Numbered from the stretch's first letter, positions 23,576-32,130 are shown. The stretch is 41,458 nt of DNA from an uncultured Enterococcus sp. (GCA_946409145.1 CAMJVA010000001.1:1-41458), one strand, 5' to 3'. Program-made: numbers and translations. The notes: generated by a model from the letters alone, not told the origin.

Positions 23576-24369
23576 TGAATAAATTATTATTGGGTCGCTA
23601 TATTCCTGGAAATTCCCTTATTCACCAGCTTGACCCTAGAGCTAAGTTATTAGGCAGTTTTTATTTTATTATTATTATTTTCTTTGCGAATAATTGGCAG
23701 ACTTATTTACTCATGTTTTTATTTACTTTAGGGGCGATTTTACTGTCTGAAATTCCCTTGAGTTTCTTTTTACGAGGAGTGAAGCCATTAATTTGGCTCA
23801 TTATTTTTACTACGGCCTTGCAAGTTTTATTTACTCAAGGAGGTCAGTTGTATTTTTCCTGGTGGATTTTTTCCATTAGTGAATATGGTTTAATTAACGG
23901 TGCGTTTATTTTTTGCCGGTTTGTGTTAATTATTTGTATGTCGACTCTCTTAACTTTAACTACCGCACCTTTAGATTTAGCAGATGCTATTGAATTTTTA
24001 TTGCGTCCTTTAGGTTATTTGAAATTTCCCGTGCACACAGTTTCTTTAATGTTATCCATTGCCTTACGTTTTGTCCCCACTTTAATGGACGAAACGGAAA
24101 AAATTATGAATGCGCAACGGGCTCGAGGCGTCGATTTTGGAGCGGGAAATATTTTTGATAAAATGAAAGCTATTGTTCCTCTTTTAATTCCTTTGTTTGT
24201 GTCTAGTTTTAATCGGGCAGAACAATTAGCCAATGCTATGGAAGCAAGAGGCTACCAAGGAGGAGAAGGTCGGAGTAAGTATCGTCTTTTACATTGGAAA
24301 ATGCGAGATACTATTACGATTGTAGCTTTTGTTCTATTGACTGTTTTATTAATCTTACTTAGAAATTAA
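23572..24369 (+). CDS. ecfT: ECF transporter transmembrane component T
   Basis: LDPRAK; two ARG motifs (AQRARG, AMEARG). Confidence 0.95.
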   Translation: MMNKLLLGRYIPGNSLIHQLDPRAKLLGSFYFIIIIFFANNWQTYLLMFLFTLGAILLSEIPLSFFLRGVKPLIWLIIFTTALQVLFTQGGQLYFSWWIFSISEYGLINGAFIFCRFVLIICMSTLLTLTTAPLDLADAIEFLLRPLGYLKFPVHTVSLMLSIALRFVPTLMDETEKIMNAQRARGVDFGAGNIFDKMKAIVPLLIPLFVSSFNRAEQLANAMEARGYQGGEGRSKYRLLHWKMRDTITIVAFVLLTVLLILLRN

Positions 24370-24372
24370 ATT

Positions 24373-24403
24373 AAAAGGTTGAGGCAACTGCCTCAACCTT
24401 TTT
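24373..24403 (+). terminator. Terminator-like hairpin between ecfT and truA
   Basis: AAAAGGTTGAGGCA / TGCCTCAACCTTTT perfect arms. Confidence 0.75.
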
Positions 24404-24422
24404 AAATGAAAGGAATTATCTT

Positions 24423-25169
24423 ATGCCGCGTTATAAAGGAATTATTGCTTATGATGGAACGAATTTTAATGGCTTTCAAATTCAACCAAAAGGGCGAACA
24501 GTGGAAGAAGAATTAAATAAAACCCTAGAAAAAATTAATCATCATCAAAAAGTAGTCGTTTATGGCTCTGGAAGAACTGATAGTCATGTCCACGCCTTAG
24601 GTCAAGTGATTCATTTTGATTTACCTGATACGTGGGTTTTAGAAAAATTGCGCTACGCTTTAGATACCCAATCTCCTGATGATATTGCTTGTTTAAAGAT
24701 TGAAGAAGTGGATGAAAATTTTCACGCGAGATATTGTGTCACAGGAAAAACCTATGAATTTCGCATTGACTTAGCTAAAGCTAGAAGCCCTTTTAAACGT
24801 CATTACGCTAGTTTTTTCCCTTACCCTATTGATATAACTCGCATTGAAGAAGCACTACCACAACTTTTGGGAACCCATGATTTCACTGGTTTTTGTGCTA
24901 GTGGTTCTTCTGTAGAGGATAAAGTGCGCACCATTACTGAAGCGAAAGTAGAATACTTGAAACAGCAAGAAGAATTATTATTTACTTTTTCCGGAGACGG
25001 TTTTTTATATAAAATGGTGCGGATTATGGTAGGAACCTTGTTGAAAATTGGTAATAATCGCATGGACATTAAGCAAATTGAAAAAGTACTCACAACGAAA
25101 AATCGCAATTTAGCAGGTCCCACGGCGCACCCAGAAGGTTTGTATTTAAAAGAAGTACGCTATAAATAA
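24423..25169 (+). CDS. truA: tRNA pseudouridine(38-40) synthase
   Basis: YDGTNFNGFQ, GSGRTD, GFLYKMVR. Confidence 0.96.
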   Translation: MPRYKGIIAYDGTNFNGFQIQPKGRTVEEELNKTLEKINHHQKVVVYGSGRTDSHVHALGQVIHFDLPDTWVLEKLRYALDTQSPDDIACLKIEEVDENFHARYCVTGKTYEFRIDLAKARSPFKRHYASFFPYPIDITRIEEALPQLLGTHDFTGFCASGSSVEDKVRTITEAKVEYLKQQEELLFTFSGDGFLYKMVRIMVGTLLKIGNNRMDIKQIEKVLTTKNRNLAGPTAHPEGLYLKEVRYK

Positions 25170-25207
25170 AAAATGTAGGTCTCTAAATTAGAGGCCTACA
25201 TTTTTTT
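25168..25207. terminator. Bidirectional terminator between truA and mnmM
   Basis: AAAAAATGTAGGTCTCTAA / TTAGAGGCCTACATTTTTT; the right arm encodes the mnmM C-terminus and stop. Confidence 0.8.
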
Positions 25208-25751
25208 CAATGACAATTAAAATAGGAGGTTCGTGAATTTGATTCATGAAGCTGTATTGAATGACGGAAAATTCTTTTTGAGGAAGTTTTTTACAAAATT
25301 CAAGAACCGCTTCTTTTTCTTCTTGACCTCCAGGATGTCCGTAATATAAAACAAGCACGATTCTTCCACTCTTTTTTAATTTTTCCAAAAGAATAGTTAA
25401 ACTTTTTAAAGTAGTGTCCCTTTTGGTAATAATTCTTTTGTCGCCACTAGGAAGATAACCTAAATTAAAAATAGCTCCGGCAATTTCTTCAGGAAGGTCT
25501 TCTAGCTGATCGTGACTTTTTAAAAGCAAGTGACATTGAGAAAGCTCTCCTGCTGTTGTTAAGCGTTTTTTGGTATTTTCTAAGGCTTTTTCTTGAATGT
25601 CATAGGCAAAAACCTGACCGTTATTTCCAACAAGTTGGGCTAAAAATAAAGTATCGTGGCCGTTTCCCATAGTAGCGTCAACGACAGTGTCTTTAGGTTG
25701 AATGACTTCTTGTAAAAGTTCATGGCCAAAGTTCAAGGCATTTTTTACCAT
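25188..25751 (-). CDS. mnmM: YtqB/MnmM-family SAM-dependent tRNA methyltransferase
   Basis: VVDATMGNGHDT, FNLGYLPSGD, YYGHPGG; adjacent to a ytqA homologue. Confidence 0.85.
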   Translation of the reverse strand: MVKNALNFGHELLQEVIQPKDTVVDATMGNGHDTLFLAQLVGNNGQVFAYDIQEKALENTKKRLTTAGELSQCHLLLKSHDQLEDLPEEIAGAIFNLGYLPSGDKRIITKRDTTLKSLTILLEKLKKSGRIVLVLYYGHPGGQEEKEAVLEFCKKLPQKEFSVIQYSFMNQIHEPPILIVIEKNVGL

Positions 25752-26707
25752 ATAAATTCTTCTTTCCGCACATCTTTTGCTCCTTGAAAGGTATTGCGCT
25801 TTTTCATTTCTCCATCAATGGCGTTTAATACTTCCCATTTATTTAAAGACCAAGTGGGACCAATGAGACTTTCTCTTGGAGCGTCCCCTGTAAGTCGGTG
25901 AATGACAATGTCTTGGGGAATCATTTCCAATTGATCACAAATTAAACTGACATAATCGTGAAAAGAGAGAAATTTTAGCCGACCTTCTCGGTAATCTCTC
26001 ACCATGCGTGTTTTTTTCATTAAATGTAACAGGTGCAACTTAATTCCTTGAATATCAGAATCCATAATAGTTCGGCGCACATTTTCCCGCATCATAGGAA
26101 TAGTTTCTCCGGGCAGCCCGTTAATTAAATGGACACAGACACGAATATTTTTTTGGCGTAATTTTTCCACGGCTTTTAAATAAGTGTCATAATCATGAGC
26201 GCGATTAATAGCATCGCTAGTTTGGTCAAAAGTAGTTTGCAATCCTAATTCCACCCACAAATAAAGGCGTTCATTTAATTCAGCTAAATACTCAATGGTT
26301 TCATCAGGAAGGCAATCAGGGCGCGTACCAATGCTTAAACCAACGACTCCTGGTAAATTTACCACTTGCTCATATCTTTGGCGTAAAACTTCCACAGGAG
26401 CGTGAGTATTGGTGAAATTTTGAAAGTAAACAATATATTTTTTAGTATCCGACCATTTGTGGTGCATAAAAGAAACTTCTTTTTGAAATTGTTCCTGTAA
26501 AGGAGCAGTGGGGGCAATAATCATATCCCCAGAACCAGAGACGGAGCAAAAAGTACAACCACCTTTGGCTGCAGTACCGTCTCTATTTGGACAATCAAAG
26601 CCACCGTCAATGGGGACTTTGAAGGTTTTTTCTCCAAAAACTTCTCGCAGTTCATAATTCCAAGTGTGATAACGTTTATTCTCGTTATCTGTATATAAAA
26701 AACTCAT
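25745..26707 (-). CDS. mnmL: TIGR01212/YhcC-family radical SAM protein (YtqA/MnmL)
   Basis: GGFDCPNRDG...GGCTFC, YFQNFTNT, GTRPDC, ELGLQT, IHRLTGD. Confidence 0.85.
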   Translation of the reverse strand: MSFLYTDNENKRYHTWNYELREVFGEKTFKVPIDGGFDCPNRDGTAAKGGCTFCSVSGSGDMIIAPTAPLQEQFQKEVSFMHHKWSDTKKYIVYFQNFTNTHAPVEVLRQRYEQVVNLPGVVGLSIGTRPDCLPDETIEYLAELNERLYLWVELGLQTTFDQTSDAINRAHDYDTYLKAVEKLRQKNIRVCVHLINGLPGETIPMMRENVRRTIMDSDIQGIKLHLLHLMKKTRMVRDYREGRLKFLSFHDYVSLICDQLEMIPQDIVIHRLTGDAPRESLIGPTWSLNKWEVLNAIDGEMKKRNTFQGAKDVRKEEFIW

Positions 26708-27369
26708 TTTTTTCGACCTCTTTTCAGTGGATCTTTAAAGCGTTCAATAAAAGCATATTTTTGGTAATAAGGGTAGGTGGCCAAAAGCCAAGTAGCTCCT
26801 AAAAGCCAACCACCTAAAATGTCACTTACATAATGAACTCCTAGATAAATTCGAGAGAGTCCAATGAGAATTAAACAAAGTACCCCGAGTCCTTGGAGCA
26901 AATAGCGTAAATTTTTATTTTTCATTTGAAACAATAAAAAAATAATCGTTCCGAAAAAAAGCATGGAGCTCATGGCGTGTCCTGAAGGAAAACTAAATGA
27001 ATTTTCCGTGACTAAATGTTCTAAAGAAGGACGTTGTCGACTGTAAACTAATTTCATTAAGTAATTTAGCACTCCTCCAGCTAAAATCATATTTAAAAAA
27101 AGCCATAAAGCAGCTATTTTTTCCTTTTGGCTAAGGAGTAAAAGAAGGACAGCTCCTGTTAAAATACTAATTGGAACAGGGTTAGCAAACTGAGTGATCC
27201 ATTTGAAAAAAGTAGTGGCTCCATTTGGTAAATCTCCTCTAATAAAGTTTTGTAAAGGAGCATCGAAAAAAAGCCAAGTGGGATAAAATTTAACCACATA
27301 ACCTAAAAAGACAAAAATTAAAGCTAGAGTGGAAGCTAGGGAAAAATATTTTTGTTTTGTTTTATCCAT
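26704..27369 (-). CDS. PAP2-family membrane phosphatase
   Basis: KLVYSRQRP, FSFPSGH and SRIYLGVHYVSD motifs. Confidence 0.92.
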   Translation of the reverse strand: MDKTKQKYFSLASTLALIFVFLGYVVKFYPTWLFFDAPLQNFIRGDLPNGATTFFKWITQFANPVPISILTGAVLLLLLSQKEKIAALWLFLNMILAGGVLNYLMKLVYSRQRPSLEHLVTENSFSFPSGHAMSSMLFFGTIIFLLFQMKNKNLRYLLQGLGVLCLILIGLSRIYLGVHYVSDILGGWLLGATWLLATYPYYQKYAFIERFKDPLKRGRKK

Positions 27370-27435
27370 AATATTTCCTTTCTTTGACAGACTATTAAAA
27401 AAAAATGTCCGTTTATTCTAGGAGGTTTCTGAGCT

Positions 27436-27464
27436 ATTATAGCAAAAATATCCAGTCATAGGAA
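27436..27464 (-). promoter_or_regulatory. Promoter of PAP2-mnmL-mnmM
   Basis: TTCCTA, 17 nt, TATAAT with extended -10 (TGn). Confidence 0.55.
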
Positions 27465-27491
27465 AGTTTCTCTCTGTTCATTAGAAAAAAT

Positions 27492-27536
27492 AAAAAAGCA
27501 TGAGAAAAGTGTCAGCGAAACTTTTCTCATGCTTTT
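27492..27536 (-). terminator. Terminator of the DUF1700-DUF4097 operon
   Basis: AAAAGCATGAGAAAAGT / ACTTTTCTCATGCTTTT with a U-run on the minus strand. Confidence 0.85.
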
Positions 27537-27538
27537 AA

Positions 27539-28690
27539 TTAGTCAGTGGTCACAGTTGAACTAGCTGTACTTTCAGTGACGCTTTCTATAGTACTTTTTT
27601 CAGAAGTATCCTCAGTGACGCTATTCATATGATCCATTCCATCCATATTTTCCATTTCCTCTGGCATTTCGTCAGTGCCTTCTTCATCATTGGCTTCTTC
27701 CCAGTCATTATAGTTACTTAAAGAAATATTTCCTAAAGTTGTTTTTAAATCCCAAGTGTAAGTGGCATTTTTTTCACCATAAGAAGACTTGCCAAAAATA
27801 TCGCCATTTCCTGTTTCAACAGATCCTTTAATGTAAGTATCTGTTGGATAACTATCAAAGCCACCAGAAATATCTCCTCGTTCTAGATTAGCAGAAATAT
27901 TGCCTTTTAAAGGAAGAGAGAGGGTTAAAGAAACACTGTCTCCTGAAAGATCTACATCACCACTAGATTCTCCCAGATAAACATTTCCTTTATTGCTTTT
28001 AATAGTCGTTTTTGGACAAGTTACATTGTGATAAGAAAAATCAAGAGAGTTAGCTTCAACAGTGGTCTCATTAACTTTTGTATCATGAATGTAAATAGAG
28101 GCCTCACTAGCAGTAGAGTGAATATTTTCAACGGCGGAGTTGTTTAAAGAAAAACGTGCTTTTTTATTTTCAGTGGTAATTTTTTTAGCCACTAGATTAG
28201 AAAGTTCAATATTACTGCTACTTTTGGAAGAGAGAGTTAACTCATCTAAAGAAAGATCATAAATATTTCCTGAGGTGGTATTTAAAATTAAATGTTTCAC
28301 TGAAGTAGGAATTTGAATGTAAATGTGTTGTCCGCCCACTAAAGTATCATCTAAAATATCTCCTGTGATACTGTCTTTTTCTTTTGTTTTGTCCTCAATG
28401 GAAATTAAATTACCACCAGTAACTTTTCCACTGTCAATGGTCAGTTTTCTGTTATCTAGATTCACATATTGACTACGGACAGTCACGTCATCACTATCTC
28501 CTGTAGTTAGTTGATAGTAAATATTAGAAGAAATATCTAAAGTTAAAGTACCATCTGATACGGGAAAATTTTTCTTTTCTTCTGTTATCACTGCCTCTTT
28601 AGCATCACTAAAAGTTAAAAGGGCTGTAAAACCGCCAATAATAATACATAAAAAGCCAATGACTGTAAAAACAATAGTTGATTTTTTCAT
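27539..28690 (-). CDS. Membrane-anchored DUF4097-like beta-repeat (toastrack) protein with an acidic tail
   Basis: N-terminal TM helix; repeated short beta units (TTSGNI, SNKGNV, ERGDI, TTLGNI); follows DUF1700. Confidence 0.7.
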   Translation of the reverse strand: MKKSTIVFTVIGFLCIIIGGFTALLTFSDAKEAVITEEKKNFPVSDGTLTLDISSNIYYQLTTGDSDDVTVRSQYVNLDNRKLTIDSGKVTGGNLISIEDKTKEKDSITGDILDDTLVGGQHIYIQIPTSVKHLILNTTSGNIYDLSLDELTLSSKSSSNIELSNLVAKKITTENKKARFSLNNSAVENIHSTASEASIYIHDTKVNETTVEANSLDFSYHNVTCPKTTIKSNKGNVYLGESSGDVDLSGDSVSLTLSLPLKGNISANLERGDISGGFDSYPTDTYIKGSVETGNGDIFGKSSYGEKNATYTWDLKTTLGNISLSNYNDWEEANDEEGTDEMPEEMENMDGMDHMNSVTEDTSEKSTIESVTESTASSTVTTD

Positions 28691-29367
28691 TAGCGGCCTC
28701 CTTTAAAAATACGACGGTTAAAGGCCCAATAATTTTTATTTCCTCTAAGAGCAAGAGAGGTTAAGCTTCGTCCAATAGCTAAACCTAAAAGACCTACACC
28801 AAAACAGACAAAAGTTAAGGCTAATTGGAAAATTCCTGCTGAAATAGGTAAGGTTAAGAATAAATAAACCCCTAATAGTGGTGCGGATAACAGTAAAATC
28901 ACTAGAATCCAAGCCGCTAAAAAGGCAAAGAATAATCCAATAATCACCCAAATCATCACAAAGAAATTAAATAAAATTAATACTAATTTTATCAGAGTGT
29001 TAGAGGATTTTTCTTGAGGTTGAGCATAAGGTTCTTCAGGAGATTCTGTAAAATATTCTTCATCTGAATGAGTCGTATAATCTTTGTTAAAGCGTGGTCC
29101 GTGGTATTCTTTTTTCTGGGGCTTAATTTCTTCCCAGCCTTTTTTATAAATATTTTTTTCAGCAAAGGGAATGTCATATTTTTTTAAAATTTCACTGGCA
29201 ACATCTTTAGGTTTCCCAAGATTTTTAGCAATCATTTCTTCTTCTTGGCCAGCAGCAATGCCTTCTTGAAAAACTTCTTTATAAGTGGCTAAAATTTCTT
29301 CTTTTTTATCAATGGGTAACACTTTCAAATAAATCCCCAATTCAGTGAGAAAATATTCTTCATTCAT
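28690..29367 (-). CDS. DUF1700/HAAS-domain membrane protein
   Basis: YFLTELGIYL...EGIAAGQEEEMIAKNLGKPKDVA N-terminus plus 3 TM helices; SD AAGGAG. Confidence 0.82.
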   Translation of the reverse strand: MNEEYFLTELGIYLKVLPIDKKEEILATYKEVFQEGIAAGQEEEMIAKNLGKPKDVASEILKKYDIPFAEKNIYKKGWEEIKPQKKEYHGPRFNKDYTTHSDEEYFTESPEEPYAQPQEKSSNTLIKLVLILFNFFVMIWVIIGLFFAFLAAWILVILLLSAPLLGVYLFLTLPISAGIFQLALTFVCFGVGLLGLAIGRSLTSLALRGNKNYWAFNRRIFKGGR

Positions 29368-29420
29368 AACTCCACGCTCCTTTTTTTAAAACAATTAAGG
29401 GAAACTTTTTCTTCACCTTA

Positions 29421-29449
29421 ACTATAAGGAGAAATCAGAAGAATTACAA
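29421..29449 (-). promoter_or_regulatory. Promoter of DUF1700-DUF4097
   Basis: TTGTAA, 17 nt, TATAGT. Confidence 0.6.
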
Positions 29450-29465
29450 TAACTTCAAGGGAAAA

Positions 29466-29504
29466 TCAGTCTAAGGTAAAGAGGGGTCTCAGACTTTGGA
29501 CTGA
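29466..29504. promoter_or_regulatory. LiaR/CesR-like operator (full site plus half site)
   Basis: TCAGACT-TT-GGACTGA (29489-29504), one mismatch to TCAGHCTnnAGDCTGA; half site TCAGTCT at 29466. Confidence 0.6.
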
Positions 29505-29531
29505 GGAACAAAAAACCGAACAAAAGCTAAA

Positions 29532-29548
29532 TGTTACACAGTTGTAAC
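29532..29548 (+). promoter_or_regulatory. WalR (YycF) box
   Basis: TGTTAC-acagt-TGTAAC, exact match to TGTWAH-N5-TGTWAH, upstream of an autolysin. Confidence 0.7.
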
Positions 29549-29671
29549 GTGAGGACGTTTTTTAACAAAACGTACTTTTCGGGAAGAATACATAAATATA
29601 AAGAAAAAATATGATTAAATATAACAAAATAATTTCTAATGTTACACAGACCTTAAATCTGTTCTGTTCCC

Positions 29672-29711
29672 CTTAAAGATTCTTTAAGAAAGTCTTAAAT
29701 CACGTTATAAT
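29672..29711 (+). promoter_or_regulatory. Autolysin promoter with three 11-bp-phased repeats
   Basis: CTTAAA (29672), TTTAAG (29683), CTTAAA (29694), then TATAAT (29706). Confidence 0.5.
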
Positions 29712-29751
29712 TATAAAGAAATCATTAATTATAATGTAAAGGAAGACGCCC

Positions 29752-31245
29752 ATGTTAAACACAATTTCTCATAAAGGAATAAATAAAAAAAATACACCCA
29801 TGAAAAAATTTACGAAAGGAATGGCACTGACTTCCTCCACGCTTGTTTTAGCAGGAGTAATGATGCCTTTATTCACCACTCAAGAAGTTTCAGCAGATGG
29901 TATCTACAAAGCTTCTAATGTTAATAAAGAAGCTTTTTTAAGTATGGTAGCCGGTTATGCGAAAAATTGTGCGGCAAATAATGACTTATACGCTTCAGTT
30001 ATGATCGCTCAAGCCATTTTAGAAAGCGGCTGGGGAACGAGTCAATTATCTACTTCACCAAATTATAATTTGTTTGGTATTAAAGGTTCTTACCAAGGAC
30101 AAAGTGTCACTATTCCTACTGCTGAATATATTAATGGAAAATGGACGACTTTAAATGAACCTTTTAAAAAATATCCTAGTTATTATGAAAGTTTCCAAGA
30201 CAATGCGAATGTATTGCGTAACACTGTTTTTGCTGGGGGAACTTCTTATTATGCCGGAGCATTTAAAAGCAATACTAACTCCTACAAAGATGCTACAGCT
30301 TACTTAACTGGACGTTACGCGACTGATCCTAGTTATGGACAAAAATTAAATAATTTAATTTCCAGCTATAATTTAACGCAATATGATACACCAGCCAATG
30401 GTAATGGCGGAAATGTTTCTACTCCTTCCAATCCTTCTAACCCTTCAGCTACTGGGATGATTTATTATACAGTTAAACCAGGAGACGGCTTATGGCGTAT
30501 TGCTCAAAATAATCACACGACTGTTTCTCAATTAAAAAGTTGGAATAAATTATCCAGTGACTGGATTTATCCAAATCAAGTGCTAATTGTTGGTGTCTAC
30601 ACTAATTCTGGTTCCGACAATTCTAGCTCTAATAATTCTAGTTCTTCTGACTCTTCTTCCAATAGTTCAGCTGGTTCTTCTACAGGATCAACAGGTGGGA
30701 CAACTTACACTGTTCAATCAGGAGATTCTTTATGGAAAATTTCTAATAGCTATGGCACAACAGTAGAACAAATTAAATCTTGGAATGGCTTAACAACGGA
30801 TATGATTCATCCAGGGGATGTCTTAATTGTTAGTGGAGGCAGTGCAGGCACTGTTACAGAAACTCCTGCTCCAAGTAATCCAGGAAATTCTAATTCTTCA
30901 AACAATTCCTCTAATTCTAGTTCAAGTAACACTTACACTGTAAAAGCAGGAGACGGCTTATGGCGCATTGCTCAAAATAATGGCTTAACAGTGGATCAAT
31001 TAAAAGCAATGAACAATTTAACAACGGATATGATTCACCCAGGAGATGTGTTAATTGTCAGTGGTTCTGGAGCAGGTTCAAGTTCTTCAAGTAATGCCGC
31101 TACTGGTTCTAGTTACACTGTGCAAAAAGGTGACACACTTTGGGGAATTTCTCAAAAAAATGGTTTGAGCGTGTCTCAATTGAAATCTATGAATAACTTA
31201 ACCAGTGATACTATTTATCTTGGTCAAGTGTTAAATGTTGGCTAA
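29752..31245 (+). CDS. Secreted autolysin: GH73 catalytic domain plus 4 LysM domains
   Basis: Signal peptide; MIAQAILESGWG, NLFGIKG and YATDP motifs; four YTVxxGD..W.I repeats with Ser/Asn linkers. Confidence 0.92.
   Translation: MLNTISHKGINKKNTPMKKFTKGMALTSSTLVLAGVMMPLFTTQEVSADGIYKASNVNKEAFLSMVAGYAKNCAANNDLYASVMIAQAILESGWGTSQLSTSPNYNLFGIKGSYQGQSVTIPTAEYINGKWTTLNEPFKKYPSYYESFQDNANVLRNTVFAGGTSYYAGAFKSNTNSYKDATAYLTGRYATDPSYGQKLNNLISSYNLTQYDTPANGNGGNVSTPSNPSNPSATGMIYYTVKPGDGLWRIAQNNHTTVSQLKSWNKLSSDWIYPNQVLIVGVYTNSGSDNSSSNNSSSSDSSSNSSAGSSTGSTGGTTYTVQSGDSLWKISNSYGTTVEQIKSWNGLTTDMIHPGDVLIVSGGSAGTVTETPAPSNPGNSNSSNNSSNSSSSNTYTVKAGDGLWRIAQNNGLTVDQLKAMNNLTTDMIHPGDVLIVSGSGAGSSSSSNAATGSSYTVQKGDTLWGISQKNGLSVSQLKSMNNLTSDTIYLGQVLNVG
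30460..31242 (+). repeat. Four intragenic LysM repeats
   Basis: 30481-30513 vs 30949-30981 match at 32/33 nt; 30790-30836 vs 31018-31064 match at 43/47 nt. Confidence 0.85.
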
Positions 31246-31328
31246 AAATTTAAATGGGACCAACTTTTATTGAGCGTTAAGAGGCTGGGCCAAAAGTGTT
31301 ACTTTTGGATTAACCTTTGTTAAAATTT

Positions 31329-31366
31329 AAGGGAATAGGACATCATGGTGTCCCATTCCCTTTTTT
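31329..31366 (+). terminator. Terminator downstream of the autolysin
   Basis: AAGGGAATAGGACA...TGTCCCATTCCC followed by T6. Confidence 0.8.
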
Positions 31367-31464
31367 GTATTTTTTAAATTAATTTGTCGGTTGCTCTTTA
31401 TTAAGGGCTTTCTTTTTTTGGATTTTTCTACCTGTGATATGCTTAAGAAAAAGGAGGAATTTCC

Positions 31465-31896
31465 ATGAATGAGACTTATAAGAGAATTTTAGTTGCTTTA
31501 GATGGTTCAAAAATGGCTGAAAAAGCGTTTAATGAAGCAGTAAAAATTGCGCAAAAAAATGATGGTAGTTTAACTTTAATTTCTATTGTAAACGATGCAG
31601 AACTTTCTACTAGTGCCTTTTCTTTTTCTAAATTATTTGCCCAAGAAAAAGAACGAGCAGAAACGGAAATGTTAAAAAAAATTCAAGCCGCTACAGAAGC
31701 TGGAGTTGTTAAAGTGGAACCTTTTGTAGAAGTAGGCAACCCAAAGCAAATTATTGTAAAATATGCTACAGATAATGTGGTAGATCTTTTAGTCATAGGT
31801 GCCACAGGAAAAGGCGCCATTACCCAATCTTTAGTGGGCTCGACCACCTCTTATGTGGTCAATCATGCTCCTTGCGCTGTTTTAGTTATTAGATAA
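31465..31896 (+). CDS. Universal stress protein (UspA family)
   Basis: YKRILVALDGS, GATGKG...VGSTTSYVVNHAPCAVLVIR; SD AGGAGG; extended -10 TGaTATGCT at 31435. Confidence 0.95.
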   Translation: MNETYKRILVALDGSKMAEKAFNEAVKIAQKNDGSLTLISIVNDAELSTSAFSFSKLFAQEKERAETEMLKKIQAATEAGVVKVEPFVEVGNPKQIIVKYATDNVVDLLVIGATGKGAITQSLVGSTTSYVVNHAPCAVLVIR

Positions 31897-31906
31897 GGGT
31901 TTTGTA

Positions 31907-31952
31907 GAGACTGTAGACAAGGTCAATCTTGACTGAGGTCTACAGTTTTTTT
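31907..31952 (+). terminator. Terminator after the USP gene
   Basis: ACTGTAGAC / GTCTACAGT arms, inner GTCAA/TTGAC stem, T-run. Confidence 0.75.
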
Positions 31953-32130
31953 CTTAAAAAAATTCCGTCATTAGAAGAAGTTGAGTTGAAAAAATTTTTT
32001 TCAAGGAAAAATTAATTTTACGAAGACCTGTCATTTTTTAGTTAAAAAATGAGGGCTTTCAGTAGTGAGTTAGAAAGAAAAAATTTATAATGAGTAAGAT
32101 AAAGAATAAAAAAGGAGTGAATAGTCGGAA

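Noticed and set aside
30590..31110. Ser/Asn-rich low-complexity repeats as a possible array
   Set aside because: Ordinary LysM linkers with no repeat-spacer structure; no CRISPR seen anywhere in the window
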